A DNA stretch of 63,911 nt, counting the filler, from Stramenopiles sp. TOSAG23-6 (taxonomy: Eukaryota): assembly GCA_900128565.1 (NCBI GenBank). It is 3 parts of 3 records of this genome, joined end to end, with 100 filler letters (N's around TTAATTAATTAA, not from the genome) between each part and the next. Parts side by side here need not be neighbours in the genome. Positions count along the whole stretch, not along the records: positions 24,526 to 48,920 come from LT636005.1; 2 more parts are not named here. The stretch is one strand, 5' to 3'. Position 1 is the first letter of the stretch. The number at the start of each line of letters is the position of its first letter. Both the position numbers and the translations under genes were made by a program. Below, in pieces: positions 31,976-42,697 of this stretch. The notes under the pieces were generated by a model that made no database searches, was not told the origin of the DNA, and worked only from the letters and a program-made list of their open reading frames with translations.

Positions 31976-32665
31976 ATGAAGATTGTGAACGATACATGTA
32001 ACCCTTTTAAATGGTTGATCATTGCGATTGCAGTTATGTTTTTTTTTGTGGGGCTTTTCTTCCTCTTTTTTTTTGTACTAGACACAACCTATTTTGATGA
32101 CGATTGCCTCGATTACGATACAGTTGCTCATTGCCATTTTTTTAAGTATGGTTATCTATACTTTTTCGGAGCTGGGATTATTACGCTTCTTATGTTGGGG
32201 TGTATTAAAGGGAATCATTACTTTGCAGATTTCAACGAACAATCAGTCACATTCGCATATGGTGGTGTCTTTACAAATACAACTATTCGAGAAGTTAATT
32301 TTCTAGATATTGAGCAACTTGGTTGGGCTATGCGGCATACAAGTTCCGGGATCAATATTTTAAATCCTCGTAAATCGATTGTTCTAAAAATACGCGGCGA
32401 AGTCCATACTTTTCAATTTCCGCCCTCCGTGTATTTTGTAAGTCTTGCTTTTCTGAATAAGGTATATAATGCACTGTCAGAAAGGTTAGTACAGGGACAA
32501 GTAGTGCAGGGACATGTTGTTCAGCCACAAAGTGTTTCTGATGTTAAACCTGTTATCGTTAATCCTGTAGCTGTTAGAGCTGTTGTTGCTAAAGCTGTTG
32601 TTGTTAATCCTGTAACAAAAGCACCCAAATCTTCAAAAGTAGATTTGAATCAGCCAAACAATTAA
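31976..32665 (+). CDS. hypothetical protein with two TM segments and a Val-rich tail
   Basis: Two hydrophobic helices; first ATG at MKIVND. Confidence 0.6.
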   Translation: MKIVNDTCNPFKWLIIAIAVMFFFVGLFFLFFFVLDTTYFDDDCLDYDTVAHCHFFKYGYLYFFGAGIITLLMLGCIKGNHYFADFNEQSVTFAYGGVFTNTTIREVNFLDIEQLGWAMRHTSSGINILNPRKSIVLKIRGEVHTFQFPPSVYFVSLAFLNKVYNALSERLVQGQVVQGHVVQPQSVSDVKPVIVNPVAVRAVVAKAVVVNPVTKAPKSSKVDLNQPNN

Positions 32666-32959
32666 CGAGTTACACCATTGTACATTGCTTCACAGAACCA
32701 ACTCGTGTAATCTGCTATGTTTCTTACTAATTAGGAGTTTAAAAAATGCCTGATATAATTTTATAAATTTTATGCTACTAGGACTAGCTAGATAAAAAAT
32801 CTTTATGTAAACATCACCTGTTTTTTTTGAAATTAATTTTAATTAATTTTTTTAAAAAATAGAGAGTCAGTGCGAGTGCGCGGCATCCGCGATCCCTCCG
32901 TCCCTTTGTTTTTATAGTTGTTTAACGCTTTAAAATAGGTACCCTGTTTATTTCACAAA

Positions 32960-34129
32960 ATGGGTTTTTACGGAGTTTTCTTTTTGATTGCATTTGTGCA
33001 ATGCACCACTATAGTTTCCTCTTCTACCGCTAGGAAAAGGACGAAGAGGACAGCTCCCCTGTGGACCGTTCCACTTGACTATAACTATCCACTTGAGTCC
33101 AATCTAGTTACGACTCAACAACTAGCACCACAAGTCATAACTTCTGAAGCGGGAGAAAGCTCTAGGGAAGCTTTACCGATGTATACACCGGGTAAACCAA
33201 GAAAAGGTATATGCTTATTCAGAATCGATGGTGTGCTTCATCAGTTAGATTTAGACAAGACGATGACAGCAAAACAAAAGAAAAATGAAAGAGATAGAAA
33301 CAGAAAAATTGTGGATGAGTGTTTGAAAAAAGACTTTGCAGTAGGAATTGTTACGGCAGGAGGCAGTTATCGTATCAAAGACCTTATAAGAGAGAGTTGG
33401 ATGCCTTCAAACTTACTGCAATACTTGAAACAAACCAACTATGAAACGTTCTCAAACATATCTAACGGTATCTATCCTTCAGATACTATGGCAGGTGACT
33501 CGAAGACGCATTACGATGGTCCAAAAGGTCACGATCTTAAGAGAGATATTTACGTTGAAGATCCAGGTTTTGAAAGATGTTTAAACGAGACCGATATTCC
33601 AAAGAGCTTAGACGAAAAAGGTGGAGGCATTCGATACGGTTGGTTAGAAGCGTATTCGTGTGTTCTAGCCGCAATGAAGCAGAACATTACAGCTCCGGAA
33701 AGAGTCATTTTATTTTTCAATACCGAATCAAAAGATATGCATGAGTATCAACTTTCATATCATCAAGGGGTAGAACATTTTAATAGTTGTTTTTTTGAAA
33801 ACGGCAAAGGTATCAACACATATTTTGGTCATTTTATTCCAAGTGAAGTGAAAGCATATTTAGAAAAAGTTGATATTTCAAAAGATGGTGATGATGAACC
33901 CAAACTACAACGAGGACCAACACGACCAGAAGAACCGGAAGGACCAAGATTGAGGCGTTCCAAACGAAGGAAAAAGGCATCATATAGAGTCTCGCATACA
34001 GCCGTTGTGTCTAAGAAATTGATAAAAAAAACACGTAGTCAAAATTTGCCAACTCAGAAAAGGCGCAGGGAAATCAAAAAAGAAAAGCAAGACGGTTTAA
34101 ATTTATTACTTGCCCTTTCAGAAACATAG
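32960..34129 (+). CDS. secreted protein with a degenerate HAD-like fold
   Basis: Signal peptide; GICLFRIDGVL (cf. hhhDxDGT), FAVGIVTAG, ERVILFFN. Confidence 0.6.
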   Translation: MGFYGVFFLIAFVQCTTIVSSSTARKRTKRTAPLWTVPLDYNYPLESNLVTTQQLAPQVITSEAGESSREALPMYTPGKPRKGICLFRIDGVLHQLDLDKTMTAKQKKNERDRNRKIVDECLKKDFAVGIVTAGGSYRIKDLIRESWMPSNLLQYLKQTNYETFSNISNGIYPSDTMAGDSKTHYDGPKGHDLKRDIYVEDPGFERCLNETDIPKSLDEKGGGIRYGWLEAYSCVLAAMKQNITAPERVILFFNTESKDMHEYQLSYHQGVEHFNSCFFENGKGINTYFGHFIPSEVKAYLEKVDISKDGDDEPKLQRGPTRPEEPEGPRLRRSKRRKKASYRVSHTAVVSKKLIKKTRSQNLPTQKRRREIKKEKQDGLNLLLALSET

Positions 34130-34434
34130 ACACATAAAAGAAACACCATTTGACTGTTGTAGATTGAGTCATCTACTGGTGTATAGTATGATGTAATACA
34201 CTATAATATACTTTATTACAGAGACAAAATAAAACGGTAATTGTAAGGGGTTACTACTGTTGTACATGTTGTGAAGATTCATCTACAATACCAACAATCC
34301 TGGATGACTATGAGGAATAACACTCTGCAAATTCAACATTCGTTGGTACGATTCTTTTAAAACCCAATTACTGACTAACTTAGATTCACTGGCGAATGTA
34401 CCAAGTAGCACAACCTCTGAGTATTGTCTTTATT

Positions 34435-35726
34435 TCACCACCATTTAGTAAAAGCATTATACCAAATTGTTACAGTTCTTTTTAGTGGACATATTATGAT
34501 GTAACAAAAGTTATGTGGGCTTGAGGTAGGAAATAATTTCACAGGTTTGTCCTCACCCGTACCATCACTAGCATTAGGTTTCTGGTACAATCCTTGAATT
34601 GCAAAAGTAAACGATGCTACTTCAATTCCTCCAGTACTAGCACTTCGATGTATTGTGAAAATATATTTTATTTTGAAAATTTTGAAAAAAAGTTATAAAA
34701 ATGTTTTTTTTTTGAAGAATATTCGATTAAAAACGAAATAAATTAAAAAAATTCAAATATGAAAAACATACATGTACAGTTAATAGATCCTTATAAAAAT
34801 GTTTTGTAATTTTTAAAATATTTTCTGTTTTATCTTCCCATTGGCACATTGCCCCACCCACTGCTAAATGTTTGAATATACGAAATAATAATTCGTTTTT
34901 CTCATCTTCAGAAAAAATCCAAAAATGTTCAGAATCTTCATCACAAAGCATCGCACGTAATACATCAGAAATTGTAACACCATCGATACAGTATAGTGAA
35001 AAATATATACATTTTTTTCTTTTTGAATAACACAAATCGGTGGATACGGAATTGAAAAAAAAAATTCAATTTTTGAAAAAAAAAATTCAATTTTTGNAAA
35101 AAAAAAATTCAATTTTTGGAAACGTACACATTTTCCATACATTTGTGTATGTAACCATGAGAACCACCTCGTGTTATCTGCTCGGTTTCGAGACGATCAA
35201 AGAAATTCATACTTGTTTTTGTTGTATAAATTGTTTCAATATTGACTTTACTAAATGTCTGTTTATGTTGTGATGAATTAGGGTTAGGGTTACCTTTTGT
35301 GTCTTTTGTGTCTTTTGGGAATTGAAAAGAATTTTGAAAAGCTGCTGAATTAAAAACACCAAGTAAGAACTTTTCTATATAGTAGTTATCTGTGGTACAA
35401 TTCGTTTTCGAAACTTTTGAAACATCAAATTTCTCCGAAAAGCTATAGCGTTTGAGTTGCCAAAACGTATCTAAATTCCACTTTTTTAACATGAATAAAT
35501 TATCCTTGTTTTCAAACGTTGGTACTGAATCTCCGATAAAAGTTAAATGAAAGTTACTTGGTTCATTTATTGTATTCACGTTGTCTTTTACACTGTCAGA
35601 ACTTGTTTTATCGTGTACAAAGTTAGAACTTGTTTCATCTTTTGCATTTGTTTTTGAGCTTTCAGATTCATCTTTTACTGTTATGGTTTTGTCGTACATA
35701 TTCATTGTTTTTGTATCTGAAGGCAT
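34435..35726 (-). CDS. CFAP300: cilia- and flagella-associated protein 300 (C11orf70 family); introns 34989-35127 and 34648-34771
   Basis: SMNFFDRL, ISDVLRAML, FSEDEKNELLFRIFKHLAVGGAMCQWED, TKHFYKDLLTVH|RS..., HNFCYIIICPLKRTVTIWY. Confidence 0.9.
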
Positions 35727-37719
35727 TGCTTTTGCTTTTTTTTGAAAATCGTTGTCAATGTATAAAATAATTGTTGTTATGTATTATTATTATTATTATT
35801 ATTATTATTAGGAAGAAAAATTGACTACTATGGAAACAACAGAGTTTCAACCCAAATAAATACACGATGTAGACCCTCAAGTAGACAGTGTGTTGTTGTT
35901 TTTTGGAGGAGGAGCTCAACGTCTTTTTCCTTTTTCCGGGAAATATTTGCAGTTTGCAACTCACGTGAGACAGCGACGTTTTCGAGATTTCGTGTTTGGT
36001 CATTTTGTCAATTCGGGACTTTGGNTTTTTCGTATTNGTATACAATTTCCTAGTTAAATAGATATAGAGACNAAATACANAACAATGCATTGAATGAGAT
36101 ACATTATTTTTAAGCCACAAATACCAAACTTTGCAGGTGCGCTTGATCTATATCCAATAGGCGGAATCCCGGCGCATAGCTTCGTAGGTACTCGGGAAAG
36201 CTTATTTTTACGCTAATATGCTTCAAAAATAGAAGGATTTACCGTAGGTAGCAGAAATGGTTCAATTGGAAAATATCATCCACTAAGTGTATATTCGTGG
36301 AACTTGTATACAATACAAGGTTATATTCTCGTATTATATATATACTGGGGACGCTGTGCAACGCTACAGCATTGTATTCGTTTGATAAAGGACATTTCGA
36401 AGGGATTTTCTTATAAAAAGTGGCAAATTGGCAGTGGTATAAATCGATTGAAAATGGTACTATTTTTGCACTTACTGTCAATGATTATGAAAGTTGAGTA
36501 TAATCTAAAATTAGATTCACCATTGATTGGTAGATATAAAATGACATGCAAACGTAGAGCTTCGTAGGTGGTTGGCAAGTTGCGTTTAAGGGATAATATT
36601 GTNNNNNNNNNNNNNNNNNNNNNNNNNNNNNNNNNNNNNNNNNNNNNNNNNNNNNNNNNNNNNNNNNNNNNNNNNNNNNNNNNNNNNNNNNNNNNNNNNN
36701 NNNNNNNNNNNNNNNNNNNNNNNNNNNNNNNNNNNNNNNNNNNNNNNNNNNNNNNNNNNNNNNNNNNNNNNNNNNNNNNNNNNNNNNNNNNNNNNNNNNN
36801 NNNNNNNNNNNNNNNNNNNNNNNNNNNNNNNNNNNNNNNNNNNACAATATTATCCCTTAAACGCAACTTGCCAACCACCTACGAAGCTCTACGTTTGCAT
36901 GTCATTTTATATCTACCAATCAATGGTGAATCTAATTTTAGATTATACTCAACTTTCATAATCATTGACAGTAAGTGCAAAAATAGTACCATTTTCAATC
37001 GATTTATACCACTGCCAATTTGCCACTTTTTATAAGAAAATCCCTTCGAAATGTCCTTTATCAAACGAATACAATGCTGTAGCGTTGCACAGCGTCCCCA
37101 GTATATATATAATACGAGAATATAACCTTGTATTGTATACAAGTTCCACGAATATACACTTAGTGGATGATATTTTCCAATTGAACCATTTCTGCTACCT
37201 ACGGTAAATCCTTCTATTTTTGAAGCATATTAGCGTAAAAATAAGCTTTCCCGAGTACCTACGAAGCTATGCGCCGGGATTCCGCCTATTGGATATAGAT
37301 CAAGCGCACCTGCAAAGTTTGGTATTTGTGGCTTAAAAATAATGTATCTCATTCAATGCATTGTTNTGTATTTNGTCTCTATATCTATTTAACTAGGAAA
37401 TTGTATACNAATACGAAAAANCCAAAGTCCCGAATTGACAAAATGACCAAACACGAAATCTCGAAAACGTCGCTGTCTCACGTGAGTTGCAAACTGCAAA
37501 TATTTCCCGGAAAAAGGAAAAAGACGTTGAGCTCCTCCTCCAAAAAACAACAACACACTGTCTACTTGAGGGTCTACATCGTGTATTTATTTGGGTTGAA
37601 ACTCTGTTGTTTCCATAGTAGTCAATTTTTCTTCCTAATAATAATAATAATAATAATAATAATACATAACAACAATTATTTTATACATTGACAACGATTT
37701 TCAAAAAAAAGCAAAAGCA

Positions 37720-39011
37720 ATGCCTTCAGATACAAAAACAATGAATATGTACGACAAAACCATAACAGTAAAAGATGAATCTGAAAGCTCAAAAACAAAT
37801 GCAAAAGATGAAACAAGTTCTAACTTTGTACACGATAAAACAAGTTCTGACAGTGTAAAAGACAACGTGAATACAATAAATGAACCAAGTAACTTTCATT
37901 TAACTTTTATCGGAGATTCAGTACCAACGTTTGAAAACAAGGATAATTTATTCATGTTAAAAAAGTGGAATTTAGATACGTTTTGGCAACTCAAACGCTA
38001 TAGCTTTTCGGAGAAATTTGATGTTTCAAAAGTTTCGAAAACGAATTGTACCACAGATAACTACTATATAGAAAAGTTCTTACTTGGTGTTTTTAATTCA
38101 GCAGCTTTTCAAAATTCTTTTCAATTCCCAAAAGACACAAAAGACACAAAAGGTAACCCTAACCCTAATTCATCACAACATAAACAGACATTTAGTAAAG
38201 TCAATATTGAAACAATTTATACAACAAAAACAAGTATGAATTTCTTTGATCGTCTCGAAACCGAGCAGATAACACGAGGTGGTTCTCATGGTTACATACA
38301 CAAATGTATGGAAAATGTGTACGTTTCCAAAAATTGAATTTTTTTTTTNCAAAAATTGAATTTTTTTTTTCAAAAATTGAATTTTTTTTTTCAATTCCGT
38401 ATCCACCGATTTGTGTTATTCAAAAAGAAAAAAATGTATATATTTTTCACTATACTGTATCGATGGTGTTACAATTTCTGATGTATTACGTGCGATGCTT
38501 TGTGATGAAGATTCTGAACATTTTTGGATTTTTTCTGAAGATGAGAAAAACGAATTATTATTTCGTATATTCAAACATTTAGCAGTGGGTGGGGCAATGT
38601 GCCAATGGGAAGATAAAACAGAAAATATTTTAAAAATTACAAAACATTTTTATAAGGATCTATTAACTGTACATGTATGTTTTTCATATTTGAATTTTTT
38701 TAATTTATTTCGTTTTTAATCGAATATTCTTCAAAAAAAAAACATTTTTATAACTTTTTTTCAAAATTTTCAAAATAAAATATATTTTCACAATACATCG
38801 AAGTGCTAGTACTGGAGGAATTGAAGTAGCATCGTTTACTTTTGCAATTCAAGGATTGTACCAGAAACCTAATGCTAGTGATGGTACGGGTGAGGACAAA
38901 CCTGTGAAATTATTTCCTACCTCAAGCCCACATAACTTTTGTTACATCATAATATGTCCACTAAAAAGAACTGTAACAATTTGGTATAATGCTTTTACTA
39001 AATGGTGGTGA
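37720..39011 (+). CDS. CFAP300: CFAP300, mirror copy; exons 37720-38318, 38458-38674 and 38799-39011
   Basis: Reverse complement of 34435-35726. Confidence 0.9.
38319..38457 (+). other. non-canonical intron GT...TG (or GT...AC if shifted 2 nt upstream), 139 nt; mirror 34989-35127
   Basis: AATGT|GTACGTTT...TATATTTTTCACTATACTG|TATCGAT gives KCMENVIDGVTISD. Confidence 0.75.
38675..38798 (+). other. non-canonical intron GT...AT, 124 nt; mirror 34648-34771
   Basis: GTACAT|GTATGTTTT...TATATTTTCACAATACAT|CGAAGT; the nearest downstream AGs are out of frame. Confidence 0.88.
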
Positions 39012-39316
39012 AATAAAGACAATACTCAGAGGTTGTGCTACTTGGTACATTCGCCAGTGAATCTAAGTTAGTCAGTAATTGGGTTTTAAAAGAATCGTAC
39101 CAACGAATGTTGAATTTGCAGAGTGTTATTCCTCATAGTCATCCAGGATTGTTGGTATTGTAGATGAATCTTCACAACATGTACAACAGTAGTAACCCCT
39201 TACAATTACCGTTTTATTTTGTCTCTGTAATAAAGTATATTATAGTGTATTACATCATACTATACACCAGTAGATGACTCAATCTACAACAGTCAAATGG
39301 TGTTTCTTTTATGTGT

Positions 39317-40486
39317 CTATGTTTCTGAAAGGGCAAGTAATAAATTTAAACCGTCTTGCTTTTCTTTTTTGATTTCCCTGCGCCTTTTCTGAGTTGGCAA
39401 ATTTTGACTACGTGTTTTTTTTATCAATTTCTTAGACACAACGGCTGTATGCGAGACTCTATATGATGCCTTTTTCCTTCGTTTGGAACGCCTCAATCTT
39501 GGTCCTTCCGGTTCTTCTGGTCGTGTTGGTCCTCGTTGTAGTTTGGGTTCATCATCACCATCTTTTGAAATATCAACTTTTTCTAAATATGCTTTCACTT
39601 CACTTGGAATAAAATGACCAAAATATGTGTTGATACCTTTGCCGTTTTCAAAAAAACAACTATTAAAATGTTCTACCCCTTGATGATATGAAAGTTGATA
39701 CTCATGCATATCTTTTGATTCGGTATTGAAAAATAAAATGACTCTTTCCGGAGCTGTAATGTTCTGCTTCATTGCGGCTAGAACACACGAATACGCTTCT
39801 AACCAACCGTATCGAATGCCTCCACCTTTTTCGTCTAAGCTCTTTGGAATATCGGTCTCGTTTAAACATCTTTCAAAACCTGGATCTTCAACGTAAATAT
39901 CTCTCTTAAGATCGTGACCTTTTGGACCATCGTAATGCGTCTTCGAGTCACCTGCCATAGTATCTGAAGGATAGATACCGTTAGATATGTTTGAGAACGT
40001 TTCATAGTTGGTTTGTTTCAAGTATTGCAGTAAGTTTGAAGGCATCCAACTCTCTCTTATAAGGTCTTTGATACGATAACTGCCTCCTGCCGTAACAATT
40101 CCTACTGCAAAGTCTTTTTTCAAACACTCATCCACAATTTTTCTGTTTCTATCTCTTTCATTTTTCTTTTGTTTTGCTGTCATCGTCTTGTCTAAATCTA
40201 ACTGATGAAGCACACCATCGATTCTGAATAAGCATATACCTTTTCTTGGTTTACCCGGTGTATACATCGGTAAAGCTTCCCTAGAGCTTTCTCCCGCTTC
40301 AGAAGTTATGACTTGTGGTGCTAGTTGTTGAGTCGTAACTAGATTGGACTCAAGTGGATAGTTATAGTCAAGTGGAACGGTCCACAGGGGAGCTGTCCTC
40401 TTCGTCCTTTTCCTAGCGGTAGAAGAGGAAACTATAGTGGTGCATTGCACAAATGCAATCAAAAAGAAAACTCCGTAAAAACCCAT
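39317..40486 (-). CDS. HAD-like secreted protein, mirror copy
   Basis: Reverse complement of 32960-34129. Confidence 0.6.
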   Translation of the reverse strand: MGFYGVFFLIAFVQCTTIVSSSTARKRTKRTAPLWTVPLDYNYPLESNLVTTQQLAPQVITSEAGESSREALPMYTPGKPRKGICLFRIDGVLHQLDLDKTMTAKQKKNERDRNRKIVDECLKKDFAVGIVTAGGSYRIKDLIRESWMPSNLLQYLKQTNYETFSNISNGIYPSDTMAGDSKTHYDGPKGHDLKRDIYVEDPGFERCLNETDIPKSLDEKGGGIRYGWLEAYSCVLAAMKQNITAPERVILFFNTESKDMHEYQLSYHQGVEHFNSCFFENGKGINTYFGHFIPSEVKAYLEKVDISKDGDDEPKLQRGPTRPEEPEGPRLRRSKRRKKASYRVSHTAVVSKKLIKKTRSQNLPTQKRRREIKKEKQDGLNLLLALSET

Positions 40487-40780
40487 TTTGTGAAATAAAC
40501 AGGGTACCTATTTTAAAGCGTTAAACAACTATAAAAACAAAGGGACGGAGGGATCGCGGATGCCGCGCACTCGCACTGACTCTCTATTTTTTAAAAAAAT
40601 TAATTAAAATTAATTTCAAAAAAAACAGGTGATGTTTACATAAAGATTTTTTATCTAGCTAGTCCTAGTAGCATAAAATTTATAAAATTATATCAGGCAT
40701 TTTTTAAACTCCTAATTAGTAAGAAACATAGCAGATTACACGAGTTGGTTCTGTGAAGCAATGTACAATGGTGTAACTCG

Positions 40781-41470
40781 TTAATTGTTTGGCTGATTCA
40801 AATCTACTTTTGAAGATTTGGGTGCTTTTGTTACAGGATTAACAACAACAGCTTTAGCAACAACAGCTCTAACAGCTACAGGATTAACGATAACAGGTTT
40901 AACATCAGAAACACTTTGTGGCTGAACAACATGTCCCTGCACTACTTGTCCCTGTACTAACCTTTCTGACAGTGCATTATATACCTTATTCAGAAAAGCA
41001 AGACTTACAAAATACACGGAGGGCGGAAATTGAAAAGTATGGACTTCGCCGCGTATTTTTAGAACAATCGATTTACGAGGATTTAAAATATTGATCCCGG
41101 AACTTGTATGCCGCATAGCCCAACCAAGTTGCTCAATATCTAGAAAATTAACTTCTCGAATAGTTGTATTTGTAAAGACACCACCATATGCGAATGTGAC
41201 TGATTGTTCGTTGAAATCTGCAAAGTAATGATTCCCTTTAATACACCCCAACATAAGAAGCGTAATAATCCCAGCTCCGAAAAAGTATAGATAACCATAC
41301 TTAAAAAAATGGCAATGAGCAACTGTATCGTAATCGAGGCAATCGTCATCAAAATAGGTTGTGTCTAGTACAAAAAAAAAGAGGAAGAAAAGCCCCACAA
41401 AAAAAAACATAACTGCAATCGCAATGATCAACCATTTAAAAGGGTTACATGTATCGTTCACAATCTTCAT
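40781..41470 (-). CDS. 2-TM hypothetical protein, mirror copy
   Basis: Reverse complement of 31976-32665. Confidence 0.6.
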   Translation of the reverse strand: MKIVNDTCNPFKWLIIAIAVMFFFVGLFFLFFFVLDTTYFDDDCLDYDTVAHCHFFKYGYLYFFGAGIITLLMLGCIKGNHYFADFNEQSVTFAYGGVFTNTTIREVNFLDIEQLGWAMRHTSSGINILNPRKSIVLKIRGEVHTFQFPPSVYFVSLAFLNKVYNALSERLVQGQVVQGHVVQPQSVSDVKPVIVNPVAVRAVVAKAVVVNPVTKAPKSSKVDLNQPNN

Positions 41471-42697
41471 TTTTATCTGTTGGTAAGCTTCTAAAGTATA
41501 TGAAAATATAGATATTACTGTTTGTACCACTTTGTAAACATTAGCTACAGTAACCGTCTGTGCCGCCGTCGACGTCGTGACAAGGAAGGCCCTGAAATTT
41601 TATAAATTTTGGTACAAAACCTTGGTACAAAATCTTAAACAAAAAGATATTTCTGTGGGGTTGGAACCCGGTAACGGGTTGGAACGACTAAAGTCTTTTC
41701 CGTAAAGGAATAGGTAAGGACAAAAGATCGCTTTTTTTTTCAGGTTTGTGCCACTCCGTACCAATTAAGTAACAAATATTTTTCAACAATTTTTTCATTT
41801 AAGAATAAAGTACATTGTATAATGTAGTTTATAAGCCTAAGGGTGTGTATTTGTATTGTTATATGATGTAGTTTAATGCTACTTCTTTAGGTTGTTGTGT
41901 TTTGAGTTGTTAATGTAGTATTAACTTTTTAAATATGAGCCGGTAATATATATTGTGTGAGTACACACCAGGTTTATTCGAACCCGGTAACGGGTTGGAA
42001 CGACTAAAGTCTTTTCCGTAAAGGAATAGGTAAGGACAAAAGATCGCTTTTTTTTTCAGGTTTGTGCCACTCCGTACCAATTAAGTAACAAATATTTTTC
42101 AACAATTTTTTCATTTAAGAATAAAGTACATTGTATAATGTAGTTTATAAGCCTAAGGGTGTGTATTTGTATTGTTATATGATGTAGTTTAATGCTACTT
42201 CTTTAGGTTGTTGTGTCTTGAGTTTTTAATGTAGTATTAAGCATTTAATTTTGGCCAGTTATTTTTCATTTACAACAGGTACGTGCCATTTGTACCATTT
42301 AACTATGAATTTTTATTTAAAATTGATGAACGGCTGAATTGACAATGACAGACGCTTCACAATTTTCACAAAGATTTTATTGCCCGCCATGAAATTTATT
42401 AATTTAACAGTAGAAACAAGTCAGTGAAAGTGTAAAAAAAAAAAAAATTATACCGTATACTATAGAAGTCATGCAGCCGCCTGGCCCGTATACGGCCAAA
42501 TCGGCATCCTATGTGGAGTAGCAAATTAAAGTTTTTTTGGCCTACTACTACGAAAACATATTCATACACCCTACCGGTTTGTCTCTGCCTGTTCATGAAG
42601 AATAGATGAAAGGGATAAACTAAAAATAAACAATTAAAATCATTCAGTAAGTAATTGACTATCTGAGAGTGGTTAAGTGTGTAAACATTGGCGGAAA

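Noticed and set aside
35755-37691. Short ORFs around the palindrome centre and other antisense or overlapping short ORFs
   Set aside because: Low-complexity or N-filled, mostly non-ATG starts, no recognisable motifs.
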